Below are positions 29,528 to 39,872 of a stretch of 47,711 nucleotides of DNA, piece by piece. Each line of letters opens with the position of its first letter. The first letter of the stretch is position 1. This DNA is from a virus. Lineage: Duplodnaviria; Caudoviricetes. The notes beneath the pieces were generated by a model. It saw nothing but the letters and a program-made list of their open reading frames with translations, did no database searches and was not told the origin of the DNA. A program made the translations under genes and the position numbers. The stretch covers positions 1 through 47,711 of the IMG/VR virus record IMGVR_UViG_3300005805_006188. One strand, written 5' to 3'.

Positions 29528-32191
29528 TTAAATTGTAAATGGTGAATCATTTGCATTAATAGGATACGCCGATAGCGGCGATTGATCCTGAAATGGTCTT
29601 CCGGATACCTGAATACCCGGAATAGGGTTACTGGGGTTTTGTGCCGCTGCTGTGATTAGTCCAGGATCTATCGCAGTTCTGTTAAATGCTATAGGATTGT
29701 CTCTATTTAATGGCAATTGAGGAGCACCGCTTTCTAAACTTAAATCAGTGTTTGCTGTCGCAGCATTTTGATTTTTTACAGAGACCTTGGGAGTATTTTC
29801 TAATTCAACCAAATCATCTGGAACTCTGATTAAGTCTAAAACCTGCTCAAATTTTCCTTTTGAAAATTCAGACGAAACTGTACTTACACGATACACTCCA
29901 CTAAAAGATCCGTTGGTTGTTTGACCATTTGACAATGTGATACTTTTATTAGTAATACCGGTCACATCATCGATGTCAATGGCCCCTTTTACTATTAATT
30001 GTATGTACACTTCCTCGGTATCAAATATTATTTGTCCAGTACTTGTGTTTATCGATGGCGAGTCCCCACTTCCTGCCGAAACTGCTGGCCCGTAGTCCTT
30101 GGATGTTGGCTGATATAAAATATCATCTTGTTTAATAAAAGCAGGATCTCCTACTATTCTTATTTTAATATTCAACATGTCACCGCGGGGGTAGCTGCTA
30201 TATAAACTACGTGCTACACTTCCAACTACGGCATCTTCTGCAGTCTTACCTTTTTGGCCAGTCATTTGTGTATCAGCCGGTGTTACCACTATGCGTTTTG
30301 GTAACCATGACGGTTTAGTATCTAGGCTAGCAGATTTGTTATCAATTACATCATCCGACCCATCGTAAGTATTACGTCTTTCTAATTGTTTAGCAAATGT
30401 TACAACACCGGTTACAAAGGTGGCGTTGAAATCAACATCAAATTGTAGTATATCTTGGTTTAACCCTGTATAAAGATAATGGTATGTGCGTACACATTTT
30501 TTACTTTTAACTTTAGTTTGTTTAAAATCCGGATGATAAAAGTTTCCAGTCTTGTAAGGTAAAATAGAATAGGTTATTGTTTTGCTATAAGCCTTGGATT
30601 TGTTGTCATAAAGACCTAGTGCAATACTTGGTATTATCTTATACCATTTAGTTTGTTTGTATTCGTTTGCATTATTACTATTTTTGTCGCTGGAACTTCT
30701 AGCATTGTTATCGTTAGTGGTAGTATCTTGTTGTTCCTGTTTTTCTGCTGTTTTTGATGCAGCTTCAATTTGATCTTTGACGTATTTGCTCGACGATACT
30801 ACTCTATCTATTAGACTTACAATATCGGTTCCTGCCAATATTTGAAATACACTTTTAGTTTTAAAATCTTTATTTGTGCCTTCGGCCGTAGTAGATTTTA
30901 CACTATTTTTAATATCATTCATCACCACTGAACTAACATCAACTCTATTTGTATCAATTATTGGAGAGTTCGCTATGTCCGGATGAATATTAAATAGAAC
31001 TTGATACAATGGGTTTTCTGTACGTCCTTCTTGATAAGCCACATTTTTATAGTAGGTGTTGTAAGCTGCTGGAAAACTTTTTGTAGAATAAAATGCACTT
31101 GATCTTACTTGTTCTTTTTGTTTGTTCAATTCTTCTTCTGCATTTTTACCTGACGCACCAACATAAGCTATTCCATACTTAGGCAGTTTGTTAATTTCAG
31201 ATTCTATTCTTTCTTCGTCTTTTGCAGCTGATTGGTCAAAAATCCTTTGTAATTCTTCCCTACTGTCAAAATAATCGCCGACTGTTGCTGCCTCTACTGC
31301 TAAATTTACCGGTACTGCTGCTGCACTTTGATCAAATGCTGTATGATTATAAGGTCTAGCGGTTATTGAATAAGTTGTGCCTCCCACGCCTGGTTTAATT
31401 TTGAATTCTAAAAACTTTATTGCTACACGTTTTCTATCTATTAAATGTCCAGTGATTCCGTTGGTATTAGCTTCTGTTGGATTAGATAAAAAATCAAGTT
31501 GTAACAGATATGGTTGATCAATATAGTTAGGACTTTCACATGTGGTTTGGCAGGCGCTCAATAACCGATCAAGCAAACTCATACCATATGGTTCAATGAT
31601 ATTAAATCTTATTTCTACCATATTACTGGCCTTGCTTCTTGAATTTAATCCTACAACTGTTTTAAAAGATAAAGAATCAAAATAAAAATCCTCCTGGAAA
31701 TCAGGATGCCAATTGGTGGTACTTCTATTAGAGTCAGCCGGCAATCCGCCGCCGGAACTAATTAATGCCCACTTGGGATAAAAGTCTGTTGGTTTATTTG
31801 ATAAATTTGTATAATCATCTGCGGTTAATAAAAATAAAGAAATTTTATAAGTATACCCAGTAAAATTATGTAACCTGTTAGTCAAAAATGTAGCAGGTAC
31901 GCTTTGTGATGTTGCAGAATTTGTTCCGTCAATTCCCGAATCAGAATTTGTTACAGTCATTGCAGCATTTTTAGTACCTATCTCTGTAGAATTTAACTCA
32001 CTTAATGATTGGTATGTTTGTCCACGTTGCAAATTTACTGTTTCTCTTGCTGCATCTGGAGATATGCCAAGATTTGTTAATCTATTAATTTCGGCAGCTG
32101 ATAGAGACTCCTTTACATTACCAACAGCGCCCGAGGCTTGATCTATCTCGCGAGAACCATTGTTATCTGCTGCGCCCGCTGCTGTTGTCAT
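29528..32191 (-). CDS. Baseplate hub protein, gp27/VgrG-N-like
   Basis: Position between gp53 and gp5; F.IIEPYG, I.IVGDP.FI and FSGVYRV..V.SEFSKGKFEQ.L motifs typical of contractile-tail hub proteins. Confidence 0.65.
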   Translation of the reverse strand: MTTAAGAADNNGSREIDQASGAVGNVKESLSAAEINRLTNLGISPDAARETVNLQRGQTYQSLSELNSTEIGTKNAAMTVTNSDSGIDGTNSATSQSVPATFLTNRLHNFTGYTYKISLFLLTADDYTNLSNKPTDFYPKWALISSGGGLPADSNRSTTNWHPDFQEDFYFDSLSFKTVVGLNSRSKASNMVEIRFNIIEPYGMSLLDRLLSACQTTCESPNYIDQPYLLQLDFLSNPTEANTNGITGHLIDRKRVAIKFLEFKIKPGVGGTTYSITARPYNHTAFDQSAAAVPVNLAVEAATVGDYFDSREELQRIFDQSAAKDEERIESEINKLPKYGIAYVGASGKNAEEELNKQKEQVRSSAFYSTKSFPAAYNTYYKNVAYQEGRTENPLYQVLFNIHPDIANSPIIDTNRVDVSSVVMNDIKNSVKSTTAEGTNKDFKTKSVFQILAGTDIVSLIDRVVSSSKYVKDQIEAASKTAEKQEQQDTTTNDNNARSSSDKNSNNANEYKQTKWYKIIPSIALGLYDNKSKAYSKTITYSILPYKTGNFYHPDFKQTKVKSKKCVRTYHYLYTGLNQDILQFDVDFNATFVTGVVTFAKQLERRNTYDGSDDVIDNKSASLDTKPSWLPKRIVVTPADTQMTGQKGKTAEDAVVGSVARSLYSSYPRGDMLNIKIRIVGDPAFIKQDDILYQPTSKDYGPAVSAGSGDSPSINTSTGQIIFDTEEVYIQLIVKGAIDIDDVTGITNKSITLSNGQTTNGSFSGVYRVSTVSSEFSKGKFEQVLDLIRVPDDLVELENTPKVSVKNQNAATANTDLSLESGAPQLPLNRDNPIAFNRTAIDPGLITAAAQNPSNPIPGIQVSGRPFQDQSPLSAYPINANDSPFTI

Positions 32192-32194
32192 TGG

Positions 32195-32500
32195 TTATAC
32201 TCCTAGATCTTGAACCAGAGTAGTTTTTTTAGGAATATAAATTCTTGCCCCACTACGAAAATCAAACAATGGATCTTTTAATACATTAGGATTTCTTTGA
32301 GCAAATACCCACCATAGTGCAGAGTCGCCATAGAGATCAAAAGCAAGCATGTCTGGTCTATACTCGTAAACTTTATCTATTTCATATAGAACATCATCTA
32401 CGTTCTTGGTAATATTTCTATTAGACATAACATCTAAAAAGTTACCAAAGGTTCCAGTTTGAAAATACGGACTTGTTGCTCTGTATTGAATTTTAATCAT
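32195..32500 (-). CDS. gp53: Baseplate wedge protein, gp53/LysM-like
   Basis: YEYRPDMLAFDLYGDSALWWVFAQRNP...G..IYIP. Confidence 0.85.
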   Translation of the reverse strand: MIKIQYRATSPYFQTGTFGNFLDVMSNRNITKNVDDVLYEIDKVYEYRPDMLAFDLYGDSALWWVFAQRNPNVLKDPLFDFRSGARIYIPKKTTLVQDLGV

Positions 32501-33459
32501 TATAGATATCCTTTGGTGACTAAATCGCCTCTAGCAAAGGCTTCGAGATCAAACGCTCTCTGAGATGATCTACTGTATACTGGTTGAAACGTTATACTCA
32601 TTTGACTAGACGTAGGCACTCTTGTACTCATTTGTGTAGGACTGGCAGTATTACTGCTACTTGTAACGTTAGGTGCTCCAATTGATGAATTAATAGGAAA
32701 ACCACTTGCTCCAGATCCAGACTGTGCCACTGCGGATTTACCTGCATTGCCTGCTAATTCTATATAATCAACCTCTGCCGGCATTGTATGACTAAAATTA
32801 GTTATTATAGTGGGCACATGTGGTAAATAGTGTGTGCCATATCCGTCAAGATATACAATAGGCGGTGGAGCACCTTGATATTTTCCAGATTCACCATAAA
32901 ACATTTTTGTAGCTGCTCTAAAAAAGTATATTGCACCTAGAAAGTAAGCAGCTTCTGCTGTATTTTGTACAGTAAAATCTGCCGTAATTTGAATAGATTG
33001 TACTTCGCTACCTTCGTAAAAATAATTGTTATAATTAGAATGTGTTAGCTGTTGTGGATTATATCTTGCTTGGTGTTGTACAGTTAGACTAGGAGTATAA
33101 GGAAAAATTACCCCATTGGTTTTTTTAATCGGTTCCATGACTCCGGCACTAGGCATATCGTACAGAACTCCTGACCCGGTAGCGACACTACAACGAACAC
33201 GCCAATCTTTTTGCCCGGCTCCGGATCCTGCTCCGGACCCTACCATAGATCCTGTTCCAGATCCAAATTGTATAGCATTTTGGTTTATGCCGCTCCCCGG
33301 AGCTGCAAAACTTCCTCCGGGCATTAACCCAGACGCACCTAATCTAGACAAAGTTCCATTCAAAGCCGATCCTCCGCTAGATAACGTGGATTTGGCGTTG
33401 TTAAATGGGTTGGTAGCCATTGCACCAAGTGAGCCTACTGTTGGAAAAACTATTGGCAT
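32500..33459 (-). CDS. Baseplate tail-tube initiator/cap, gp48/gp54-like
   Basis: GVIFPYTP, I.ITADFTVQ, GAPPPIVYL.GYG, P.IITNFS..MP.EVDY tube-fold motifs; adjacent to gp53. Confidence 0.65.
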   Translation of the reverse strand: MPIVFPTVGSLGAMATNPFNNAKSTLSSGGSALNGTLSRLGASGLMPGGSFAAPGSGINQNAIQFGSGTGSMVGSGAGSGAGQKDWRVRCSVATGSGVLYDMPSAGVMEPIKKTNGVIFPYTPSLTVQHQARYNPQQLTHSNYNNYFYEGSEVQSIQITADFTVQNTAEAAYFLGAIYFFRAATKMFYGESGKYQGAPPPIVYLDGYGTHYLPHVPTIITNFSHTMPAEVDYIELAGNAGKSAVAQSGSGASGFPINSSIGAPNVTSSSNTASPTQMSTRVPTSSQMSITFQPVYSRSSQRAFDLEAFARGDLVTKGYL

Positions 33460-33473
33460 AATTATGCATCCTC

Positions 33474-33502
33474 TTGCTTTTTTATTATTTATTTGCTAAA
33501 TT
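33474..33502 (+). promoter_or_regulatory. Sigma70-type promoter for gp55
   Basis: TTGCTT (33474-33479), 17-nt spacer, TAAATT (33497-33502) with TGn extension; AAGGA ribosome-binding site follows. Confidence 0.5.
33486..33493 (-). promoter_or_regulatory. T4-like late promoter (AATAAATA) for the baseplate operon
   Basis: TAAATA core in the divergent intergenic region, upstream of an AGAGGA ribosome-binding site. Confidence 0.55.
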
Positions 33503-33525
33503 AACAGCATATTTAAAGGATCAAA

Positions 33526-34392
33526 ATGAAACACAATTATTTGAATAATAGAGATATACTTAAAGAAATTCATAAAAGCAAACTTACATATTGTAGCTTT
33601 TTGACCCCAGAAGATGGTTATTATGATATTATTTTACCTGGCATAGAAAAAATTAATAAGAAAAATACCGCCGAAGGACGAAAATTACGGGCCGAACGTT
33701 TGACCAGGGCTGCATACGATGATGCCCAATCTAAAAGTACAGAAAAGCTCAAGCTTGATGATTTTACTATAAAACCTAGTAAAATTCCAGATTCTGACAT
33801 AGTTTTTAGAATTATGACTTGGGCTCACATTCCCGCGGATAATAAAAAGAAAAAGCCAGTCGACGAAGAAGTAGTTGAAACAGAATACGATGATGCTGAT
33901 TCTACACTTCCAACAAAATACTTGAAAGTAAACTTTCCCCCGTTTCAACATTATAAAATAGGCAGCGATGGTACTCCGTATTGTGTAGGAAAAAGTCACT
34001 GGAAGGGAGATTTGCATAAGGGCAGTTTTTCACGGGACCATGGTAATATGACCCCTAAACTAGCACATATGTTTATGAAATTATGCGAACGTTATGCTAC
34101 ACGTTCCAATTGGCGCGGCTACACTTACAATGATGAAATGCGTAGTCAAGCCTTATTGCAGTTATCACAAATAGGATTACAATTTGATGAAAGTAAATCG
34201 CAGAACCCGTTCGCTTATTATACTGCCGCTATCACTAATAGTTTTACTAGGGTTCTTAATATCGAGAAGCGTAATCAGAACTTACGAGACGATATTCTCG
34301 AAATGAATGGACTTACTCCCAGTTACACTCGACAAGGTATGGGTTCGTCTTGGGGTGGTAATCCGCAAAGTGGCGATTACAATGATGATTGA
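33526..34392 (+). CDS. gp55: Late-transcription sigma factor, T4 gp55-like
   Basis: NYLNNRDILKEI, A...NWRGYTYNDEM, FDESKSQNPFAYYT.AI.NSF.R.L.IEK; lies upstream of gp47 and gp46 as in T4. Confidence 0.88.
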   Translation: MKHNYLNNRDILKEIHKSKLTYCSFLTPEDGYYDIILPGIEKINKKNTAEGRKLRAERLTRAAYDDAQSKSTEKLKLDDFTIKPSKIPDSDIVFRIMTWAHIPADNKKKKPVDEEVVETEYDDADSTLPTKYLKVNFPPFQHYKIGSDGTPYCVGKSHWKGDLHKGSFSRDHGNMTPKLAHMFMKLCERYATRSNWRGYTYNDEMRSQALLQLSQIGLQFDESKSQNPFAYYTAAITNSFTRVLNIEKRNQNLRDDILEMNGLTPSYTRQGMGSSWGGNPQSGDYNDD

Positions 34393-34394
34393 GC

Positions 34395-34424
34395 TTGACT
34401 TCAGTTAGTAAAATAATATAAACT
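34395..34424 (+). promoter_or_regulatory. Sigma70-type promoter for gp47
   Basis: TTGACT (34395-34400), 18-nt spacer, TAAACT (34419-34424), only 6 nt before the ATG (near-leaderless transcript). Confidence 0.55.
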
Positions 34425-34430
34425 TATAAA

Positions 34431-35450
34431 ATGTCTAACTTATTTAAACGAGCAGCAGTCTGCACAGATATACACTTTGGATTAAAAAGTAATAGTCAAA
34501 CACACAACGATGATTGCCTAAACTTTATTAAATGGTTTACAGCTAAGGCAAAGGAGGAGGGATGTGAAACGGCATTTTTTCTTGGAGATTGGCATAACAA
34601 TCGTGCTAGTATCAATATTGTCACTCTTAACTATAGTCTCCGTGCGTTGGAACATCTCAACGCTAACTTCGATCGTGTTTATTTCATTCCTGGCAACCAT
34701 GATTTATATTATAGGGACAAAAGGGATGTTCAAAGTGTTGAGTGGGCTCGACACTTACCGAATGTGGTCATTTGTAATGATTGGCTACACAGCGGTGATG
34801 TTATTGTGGCCCCATGGCTAGTAGGTGAGGATTACAAAAAGATTCCAAAACTCAGTGCCAAATACATGTTTGGTCACTTTGAGTTGCCACATTTTTATAT
34901 GAATGCAATGGTCGCTATGCCGGATCACGGCGAAGTTAAGCGAGAGGACTTTCATGGTATTGGGCATGTATTTACCGGACACTTTCATAAGCGTCAAACC
35001 TTCAAAAACATTACGTATATTGGAAATTGTTTTCCGCACAATTATGCAGACAACCACGATGATGAACGTGGAATGATGGTATTAGAATGGGGTGCGGAAC
35101 CTGAATATCATGCTTGGCCCGATCAACCTAGATATAGAGTTTATCAATTGAGTGATGTACTTGTTAACACTGATTCAATGTTACAGTCAGGAATGCATGT
35201 GCGTGTAAATCTTGACGTAGATATAAGTTATGAAGAAGCCACATTTATCAAAGAAACTTTTGTTAACACATACAATCTAAGAGAAATAACACTTATTCCT
35301 CAAAAAGTAGTTAGCGAAGATATTAATTACGATATTACCGGTAACATAATGTTTGAAAGTGTCGATACTATTGTAACTAATCAGCTTACTAACATTCAAA
35401 GCGAACAATACAATAAAAGTTTACTGCTTGACATTTATAGAAATTTATAA
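34431..35450 (+). CDS. gp47: Recombination endonuclease subunit, gp47 (Mre11/SbcD metallophosphoesterase)
   Basis: TDIHFG, LGDWH, PGNHD, GHF and GHFH phosphoesterase motifs. Confidence 0.93.
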   Translation: MSNLFKRAAVCTDIHFGLKSNSQTHNDDCLNFIKWFTAKAKEEGCETAFFLGDWHNNRASINIVTLNYSLRALEHLNANFDRVYFIPGNHDLYYRDKRDVQSVEWARHLPNVVICNDWLHSGDVIVAPWLVGEDYKKIPKLSAKYMFGHFELPHFYMNAMVAMPDHGEVKREDFHGIGHVFTGHFHKRQTFKNITYIGNCFPHNYADNHDDERGMMVLEWGAEPEYHAWPDQPRYRVYQLSDVLVNTDSMLQSGMHVRVNLDVDISYEEATFIKETFVNTYNLREITLIPQKVVSEDINYDITGNIMFESVDTIVTNQLTNIQSEQYNKSLLLDIYRNL

Positions 35451-36145
35451 TGCCCTTTTTATTTGTGGACTACGATCAAGGTGCTGGCGGCGAATACTTT
35501 TGCCAGCACCTCAGTTTGGCTCCGCAATGCATAAAATTATGTGGTTTTCAAAATCAAGTGAAAAGAACAAAAATAAACGATGTCTTTGGGCAAGAATTTT
35601 TAAAACCTTCGCCTAATCCGCAATTTAAAGAATCTCACGAAACCTTGTATGAGATTATTCCTACACATCGGTTTACTCATTTAGCACATACTCTACTAGG
35701 GAAAATCTATAGTTTAAGAATTTCGGTTCCAGAAGATCCTATACTATGGAAATATTTAAAACATCAACAGATTACTAAGGTACTTTTAGCGCCGCCGGCA
35801 TCGATGAATCATTTTATTGGTGAACTAAAAATATTACAAAAAGAATCCCCAGATCTAAGTTGGATAAAACGAGTTGATATTACTATGGATCATTTGTCTT
35901 TAACTCTAATATCAAAAGGAATAGAACCTACTAAAGAAAATAAAGATTATTATATTGATAAAATAATTAAAATGTATATTCCCGAGCCTGATTATCCATA
36001 TGATCTAATTATAAAGTACGAAGATCTATTTTATAATACTAAATTAGTCGTAAAAAATATCAAATCTACTTTTAATATAGATATTAACGAAGAATGGCTC
36101 AGTTCCTATAAAGAAGAGTTAGATGTATTCCTTTCCAAGACTTGA
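35450..36145 (+). CDS. Hypothetical protein, possibly sulfotransferase/P-loop-like fold
   Basis: N-terminal VDYDQGAGGEYF loop and C-terminal IIKYEDLF resemble the PSB loop and YEDL motif of sulfotransferases. Confidence 0.45.
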   Translation: MPFLFVDYDQGAGGEYFCQHLSLAPQCIKLCGFQNQVKRTKINDVFGQEFLKPSPNPQFKESHETLYEIIPTHRFTHLAHTLLGKIYSLRISVPEDPILWKYLKHQQITKVLLAPPASMNHFIGELKILQKESPDLSWIKRVDITMDHLSLTLISKGIEPTKENKDYYIDKIIKMYIPEPDYPYDLIIKYEDLFYNTKLVVKNIKSTFNIDINEEWLSSYKEELDVFLSKT

Positions 36146-36950
36146 CATAATGATCGCATACTCGTGCAACTTATCTTGTCGAGGGTGTATAAGTTTAAGT
36201 GATTTCCCAAGAGAAGGAATTGCTCCGTACGAGAATATTATATCATGGGTCAATAATTGGTCAAATTACATACAACCTGAAGTTATTACTATATTTGGTG
36301 GCGAGCCTTTATTGCATCCTGATCTAATTGATATTATTCAAGACGTACAGGGTGCATGGCCCAATTCAACTATTAGATTAATTACTAACGGTTATCTATT
36401 AGATAGAGTAATGCCACACGAATGGTTCAAAATTAATAATTTTGAGATGCAGATCAGTATTCATAGAAAAGATCACGAAACCTTAATTAACAAACACATT
36501 AAAGAAATACTTAAATACAAAAAAGATTGGCGTGTACATCAAATTGGTGGTAATGATCATAGACAAATTGAATGGCGTAGATCAGGCACAGTTATCTATA
36601 AAAGTATCTTTAAAGACTTTGTTGTTCCTTATAGGCAAGAGCATGATGTAATTACCTACTGGGATAGCGATCCAATTGAAGCTCACAAAATATGTGGAGC
36701 TCCTGCAACTCCAATTTTATATAAAGGTAAGTTGTATAAATGCCCGGCAGTTGCTAATGTAATTGAATTAACCGGAAATGCTTATCAGGGATATACCGGA
36801 TTTGATGTTAATGATGATTTATCGTTGTTTGTAAGTCAAATTAACAAACCAGAATTAGTTTGTGGACAATGCCCTGACAAAAAGCAAGCAGTAATTATAG
36901 ATCATATTGATATAAAAAATGTTATTGTCAAACAAAAAATTCCTAATTAG
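36123..36950 (+). CDS. Radical SAM protein
   Basis: CNLSCRGC, FGGEPLLHP, ITNG; C-terminal IC...GKLYKCP...CGQCP (twitch-like). Confidence 0.88.
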   Translation: MYSFPRLDIMIAYSCNLSCRGCISLSDFPREGIAPYENIISWVNNWSNYIQPEVITIFGGEPLLHPDLIDIIQDVQGAWPNSTIRLITNGYLLDRVMPHEWFKINNFEMQISIHRKDHETLINKHIKEILKYKKDWRVHQIGGNDHRQIEWRRSGTVIYKSIFKDFVVPYRQEHDVITYWDSDPIEAHKICGAPATPILYKGKLYKCPAVANVIELTGNAYQGYTGFDVNDDLSLFVSQINKPELVCGQCPDKKQAVIIDHIDIKNVIVKQKIPN

Positions 36951-37623
36951 TGGATGTGGCCTTAGTTGGGGCGGGCAGGAACGCAAAACTTGGGTCAAAA
37001 TATTTCGTGCTGTTGGCATGAAATTGATTGATGTTGGAGGTCCGGCTGTAAGCAATCAATGGATTCTAAACAAAGCTATAATGGAGCTGTGTAATAATCA
37101 ATACGATTCTGTTATTATACAACTAAGCAGTATAGGAAAATTAGACGTAGAACTCAATGAAGAACGATACAATGAGTTAGTAATTAACGATCCTATCCGA
37201 AACTTTTCGTACCAAAATACTTGGCCAAGCAGTGCCAGTGATTTTCATATTAGTAAAAAAATGTACTATAAATGGTTAGCTAGTCCGCAATTAGAAATTG
37301 AGGATCTAGTATGCAAGATATTATTACTAAAACATTTTTGTGATCAACACCAAATTGAATTACATATATTCCAAGGATACCATATCCCGTGGAATAGTCA
37401 ACAAAAAGATTTATTGAAAAATATAATTTACGATATCAACCATAATTTATATGAATCGTATCCTAACTCTGAACATTACAAATTTCACGACCATACAAAT
37501 ACTGTACCGTGTTTAAGTTATCAATTTGTTTTGGCAAAAAAAATTTCTAATCTATGTTGTCCGGAATATTTAGATAAGATTAATAAAATGCTTGCAAAAT
37601 CCAGTAATGTTGTGTTAGACTAG
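36919..37623 (+). CDS. SGNH/GDSL-hydrolase-like protein (degenerate)
   Basis: LISGCGLSWG block I-like (no Ser at the usual GxS position), GGPAVSNQWI block II-like, VIIQLS. Confidence 0.5.
   Translation: MLLSNKKFLISGCGLSWGGQERKTWVKIFRAVGMKLIDVGGPAVSNQWILNKAIMELCNNQYDSVIIQLSSIGKLDVELNEERYNELVINDPIRNFSYQNTWPSSASDFHISKKMYYKWLASPQLEIEDLVCKILLLKHFCDQHQIELHIFQGYHIPWNSQQKDLLKNIIYDINHNLYESYPNSEHYKFHDHTNTVPCLSYQFVLAKKISNLCCPEYLDKINKMLAKSSNVVLD
37592..37621 (+). promoter_or_regulatory. Sigma70-type promoter for gp46
   Basis: TTGCAA (37592-37597), 18-nt spacer, TAGACT (37616-37621) with TGn extension. Confidence 0.45.
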
Positions 37624-37629
37624 GGTGCT

Positions 37630-39399
37630 ATGTTTAAAATAAAAACTCTATCTGTAAAAAACTTCATGAGTGTAGGTAATGCTACTCAAGCCGTTCAATT
37701 TGATCGTCGCGATCTGACATTGGTATTAGGACAAAATTTAGATCTTGGCGGCGACGACACCGGAGCACGTAATGGAACTGGCAAAACTACTATTATTAAT
37801 GCACTATCATACGCACTGTACGGGTCGGCTCTTACCAATATTAAGAAAGATAATCTTATCAATAAAACAAATGGTAAGAACATGCTGGTCACGATTGAGT
37901 TCGAAAAAGACAGCGTCGACTACCGCATTGAACGTGGGCGCCGTCCAAATACAATGGGATTTTATATTGGTGGTGAAGAACAACAAATTACAGATGAGAG
38001 TCAAGGAGACAGTAGAGAGACGCAGGCCCATATAGAACGTATGCTAGGCATGAGCCACGACATGTTCAAGCATATTGTTGCACTTAACACTTATACTGAA
38101 CCGTTCCTTGCTCTCAAGGCCAATGACCAACGAATTATTATTGAACAACTGTTAGGTATCACTGTATTATCAGAAAAGGCAGACGCACTTAAAGAACAAG
38201 TTAAAGCTACCAAGGATGCCATCACTCAAGAAGAATATAGAATCAAAGCAGTCACAGATGCCAATGCTCGTATACAAGAGCAAATTGAAGCTACACGGCG
38301 TAGACAAACTCTATGGATTAATAAACAAGCAAATGAAATACAAGAACTTGAAAAGGCATTGGAGGTTGTGAGCGAGCTAGATATTGAACAAGAGTTAAGA
38401 AACCATAATGCTTTAGACGAATACAATAAAGTAACTAAAAGTATCTACGAAATAAATCGTTGGAAAGTGGCTTGCGAAACCGAACAAGTTAAGTTACTTA
38501 AAACACTCGACAAGCTCAAAGCCGAAATTGAAAAACTGGAAAAACACGAATGCTATGCTTGTGGCCAGGCCATACACGACAACAAGCACGAGGAAGTGCT
38601 AGAAGAAAAAAGAAAAACTTTAAAAGAAACGGCATTACAATATTTGTCAAACGATGAACAATTACAAACACATCTTAGTGCTTTAGAAACACTAGGCGAT
38701 CCTGGAAAGCCGCCAAAGGTATTTTATGATCGCAAAGAAGATGCCATTAATCATAAAAATACCGTAGCTAATCTAAAACAACAATTAAGTAGCAAACAAT
38801 CTGAAATAGATCCCTATGCCGAACAAATTCAAGAAATGGAAACGCAGGCTCTTGAGGAAATTAGTTACGATCTAATTAATGAATTATCTGATATCAAGGA
38901 ACATCAAGAGTTTTTACTTAAACTGCTAACAAATAAAGACAGCTTTATCCGTAAACGTATTATTGATCAAAACCTAAGTTATCTTAATGCCAGATTAAGT
39001 CAGTACTTAGACCGAATTGGTTTACCTCATACTGTTAAGTTTAATAATGATTTAACTGTTAGTATTGAAGAACTAGGTAGAGAATTAGACTTTGATAACT
39101 TGTCCAGGGGCGAACGCAATAGATTGATACTGAGTCTGTCGTGGGCTTTCAGAGACGTATGGGAAAGCCAAAATCAACCTATTAATTTGTTATTCATTGA
39201 CGAAGTTATTGATACTGGTATGGACAGTTCAGGTGTGGAAAACAGTTTAGCAATATTAAAGAAAATGTCTCGTGAAGGTAACAGGAGTGTTTGGCTGGTC
39301 AGTCACAAGGACGAGTTGGCAGGTCGTGTCAACAATGTGTTAAGTGTAATTAAAGAAAACGGCTTTACCAGTTACAACACCGATGTGGATATAGCATAA
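37630..39399 (+). CDS. gp46: Recombination ATPase subunit, gp46 (Rad50/SbcC)
   Basis: KNFMSVG, Walker A NGTGKTT, coiled coils with zinc hook CYAC, signature LSRGE, Walker B LFIDE, H-loop SH. Confidence 0.95.
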   Translation: MFKIKTLSVKNFMSVGNATQAVQFDRRDLTLVLGQNLDLGGDDTGARNGTGKTTIINALSYALYGSALTNIKKDNLINKTNGKNMLVTIEFEKDSVDYRIERGRRPNTMGFYIGGEEQQITDESQGDSRETQAHIERMLGMSHDMFKHIVALNTYTEPFLALKANDQRIIIEQLLGITVLSEKADALKEQVKATKDAITQEEYRIKAVTDANARIQEQIEATRRRQTLWINKQANEIQELEKALEVVSELDIEQELRNHNALDEYNKVTKSIYEINRWKVACETEQVKLLKTLDKLKAEIEKLEKHECYACGQAIHDNKHEEVLEEKRKTLKETALQYLSNDEQLQTHLSALETLGDPGKPPKVFYDRKEDAINHKNTVANLKQQLSSKQSEIDPYAEQIQEMETQALEEISYDLINELSDIKEHQEFLLKLLTNKDSFIRKRIIDQNLSYLNARLSQYLDRIGLPHTVKFNNDLTVSIEELGRELDFDNLSRGERNRLILSLSWAFRDVWESQNQPINLLFIDEVIDTGMDSSGVENSLAILKKMSREGNRSVWLVSHKDELAGRVNNVLSVIKENGFTSYNTDVDIA

Positions 39400-39437
39400 T
39401 TTTTATAGCCATTACTTAGGTCATAATTATATGCTGT

Positions 39438-39872
39438 ATGTCATGGCTATTCGAGTCCACTATAGTGGAATCACTTCCTGAGGATTGTGTAGGATTTGTG
39501 TATTTGATAACAAATACTGTGTCTGGGCGCAAATACATAGGAAAAAAACTAGCCAAATTTTCAAAAACTACAGTAAAAACAGTAAAACTTAAAAACGGCA
39601 ACAAAAAGAAAAAGAAGATCAGAAGCAAAATAGATAGCGATTGGCAAGAGTATTATGGCTCAAACGACGAACTCAAAAAAGACATACACGCACTAGGCCC
39701 AGAAAATTTTACTAGACAAATACTTTATTACTGTAAATCAAAAGCAGAATGTTCATATATCGAAGCAAGAGAACAATTCCGACACCAAGTCTTAGAATCA
39801 GATGATTATTATAACGGACATATACAAGTCCGTGTCCATGGCTCCCATATTAAAAACAAGTTAAGCAGTTAA
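39438..39872 (+). CDS. Stand-alone GIY-YIG nuclease-family protein (Seg-like catalytic domain only)
   Basis: GFVYLITN...RKYIGKK, W..YYGS, F.RQIL, conserved E (YIEAREQ) and YYN; Lys-rich insertion; no C-terminal DNA-binding domain. Confidence 0.85.
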   Translation: MSWLFESTIVESLPEDCVGFVYLITNTVSGRKYIGKKLAKFSKTTVKTVKLKNGNKKKKKIRSKIDSDWQEYYGSNDELKKDIHALGPENFTRQILYYCKSKAECSYIEAREQFRHQVLESDDYYNGHIQVRVHGSHIKNKLSS

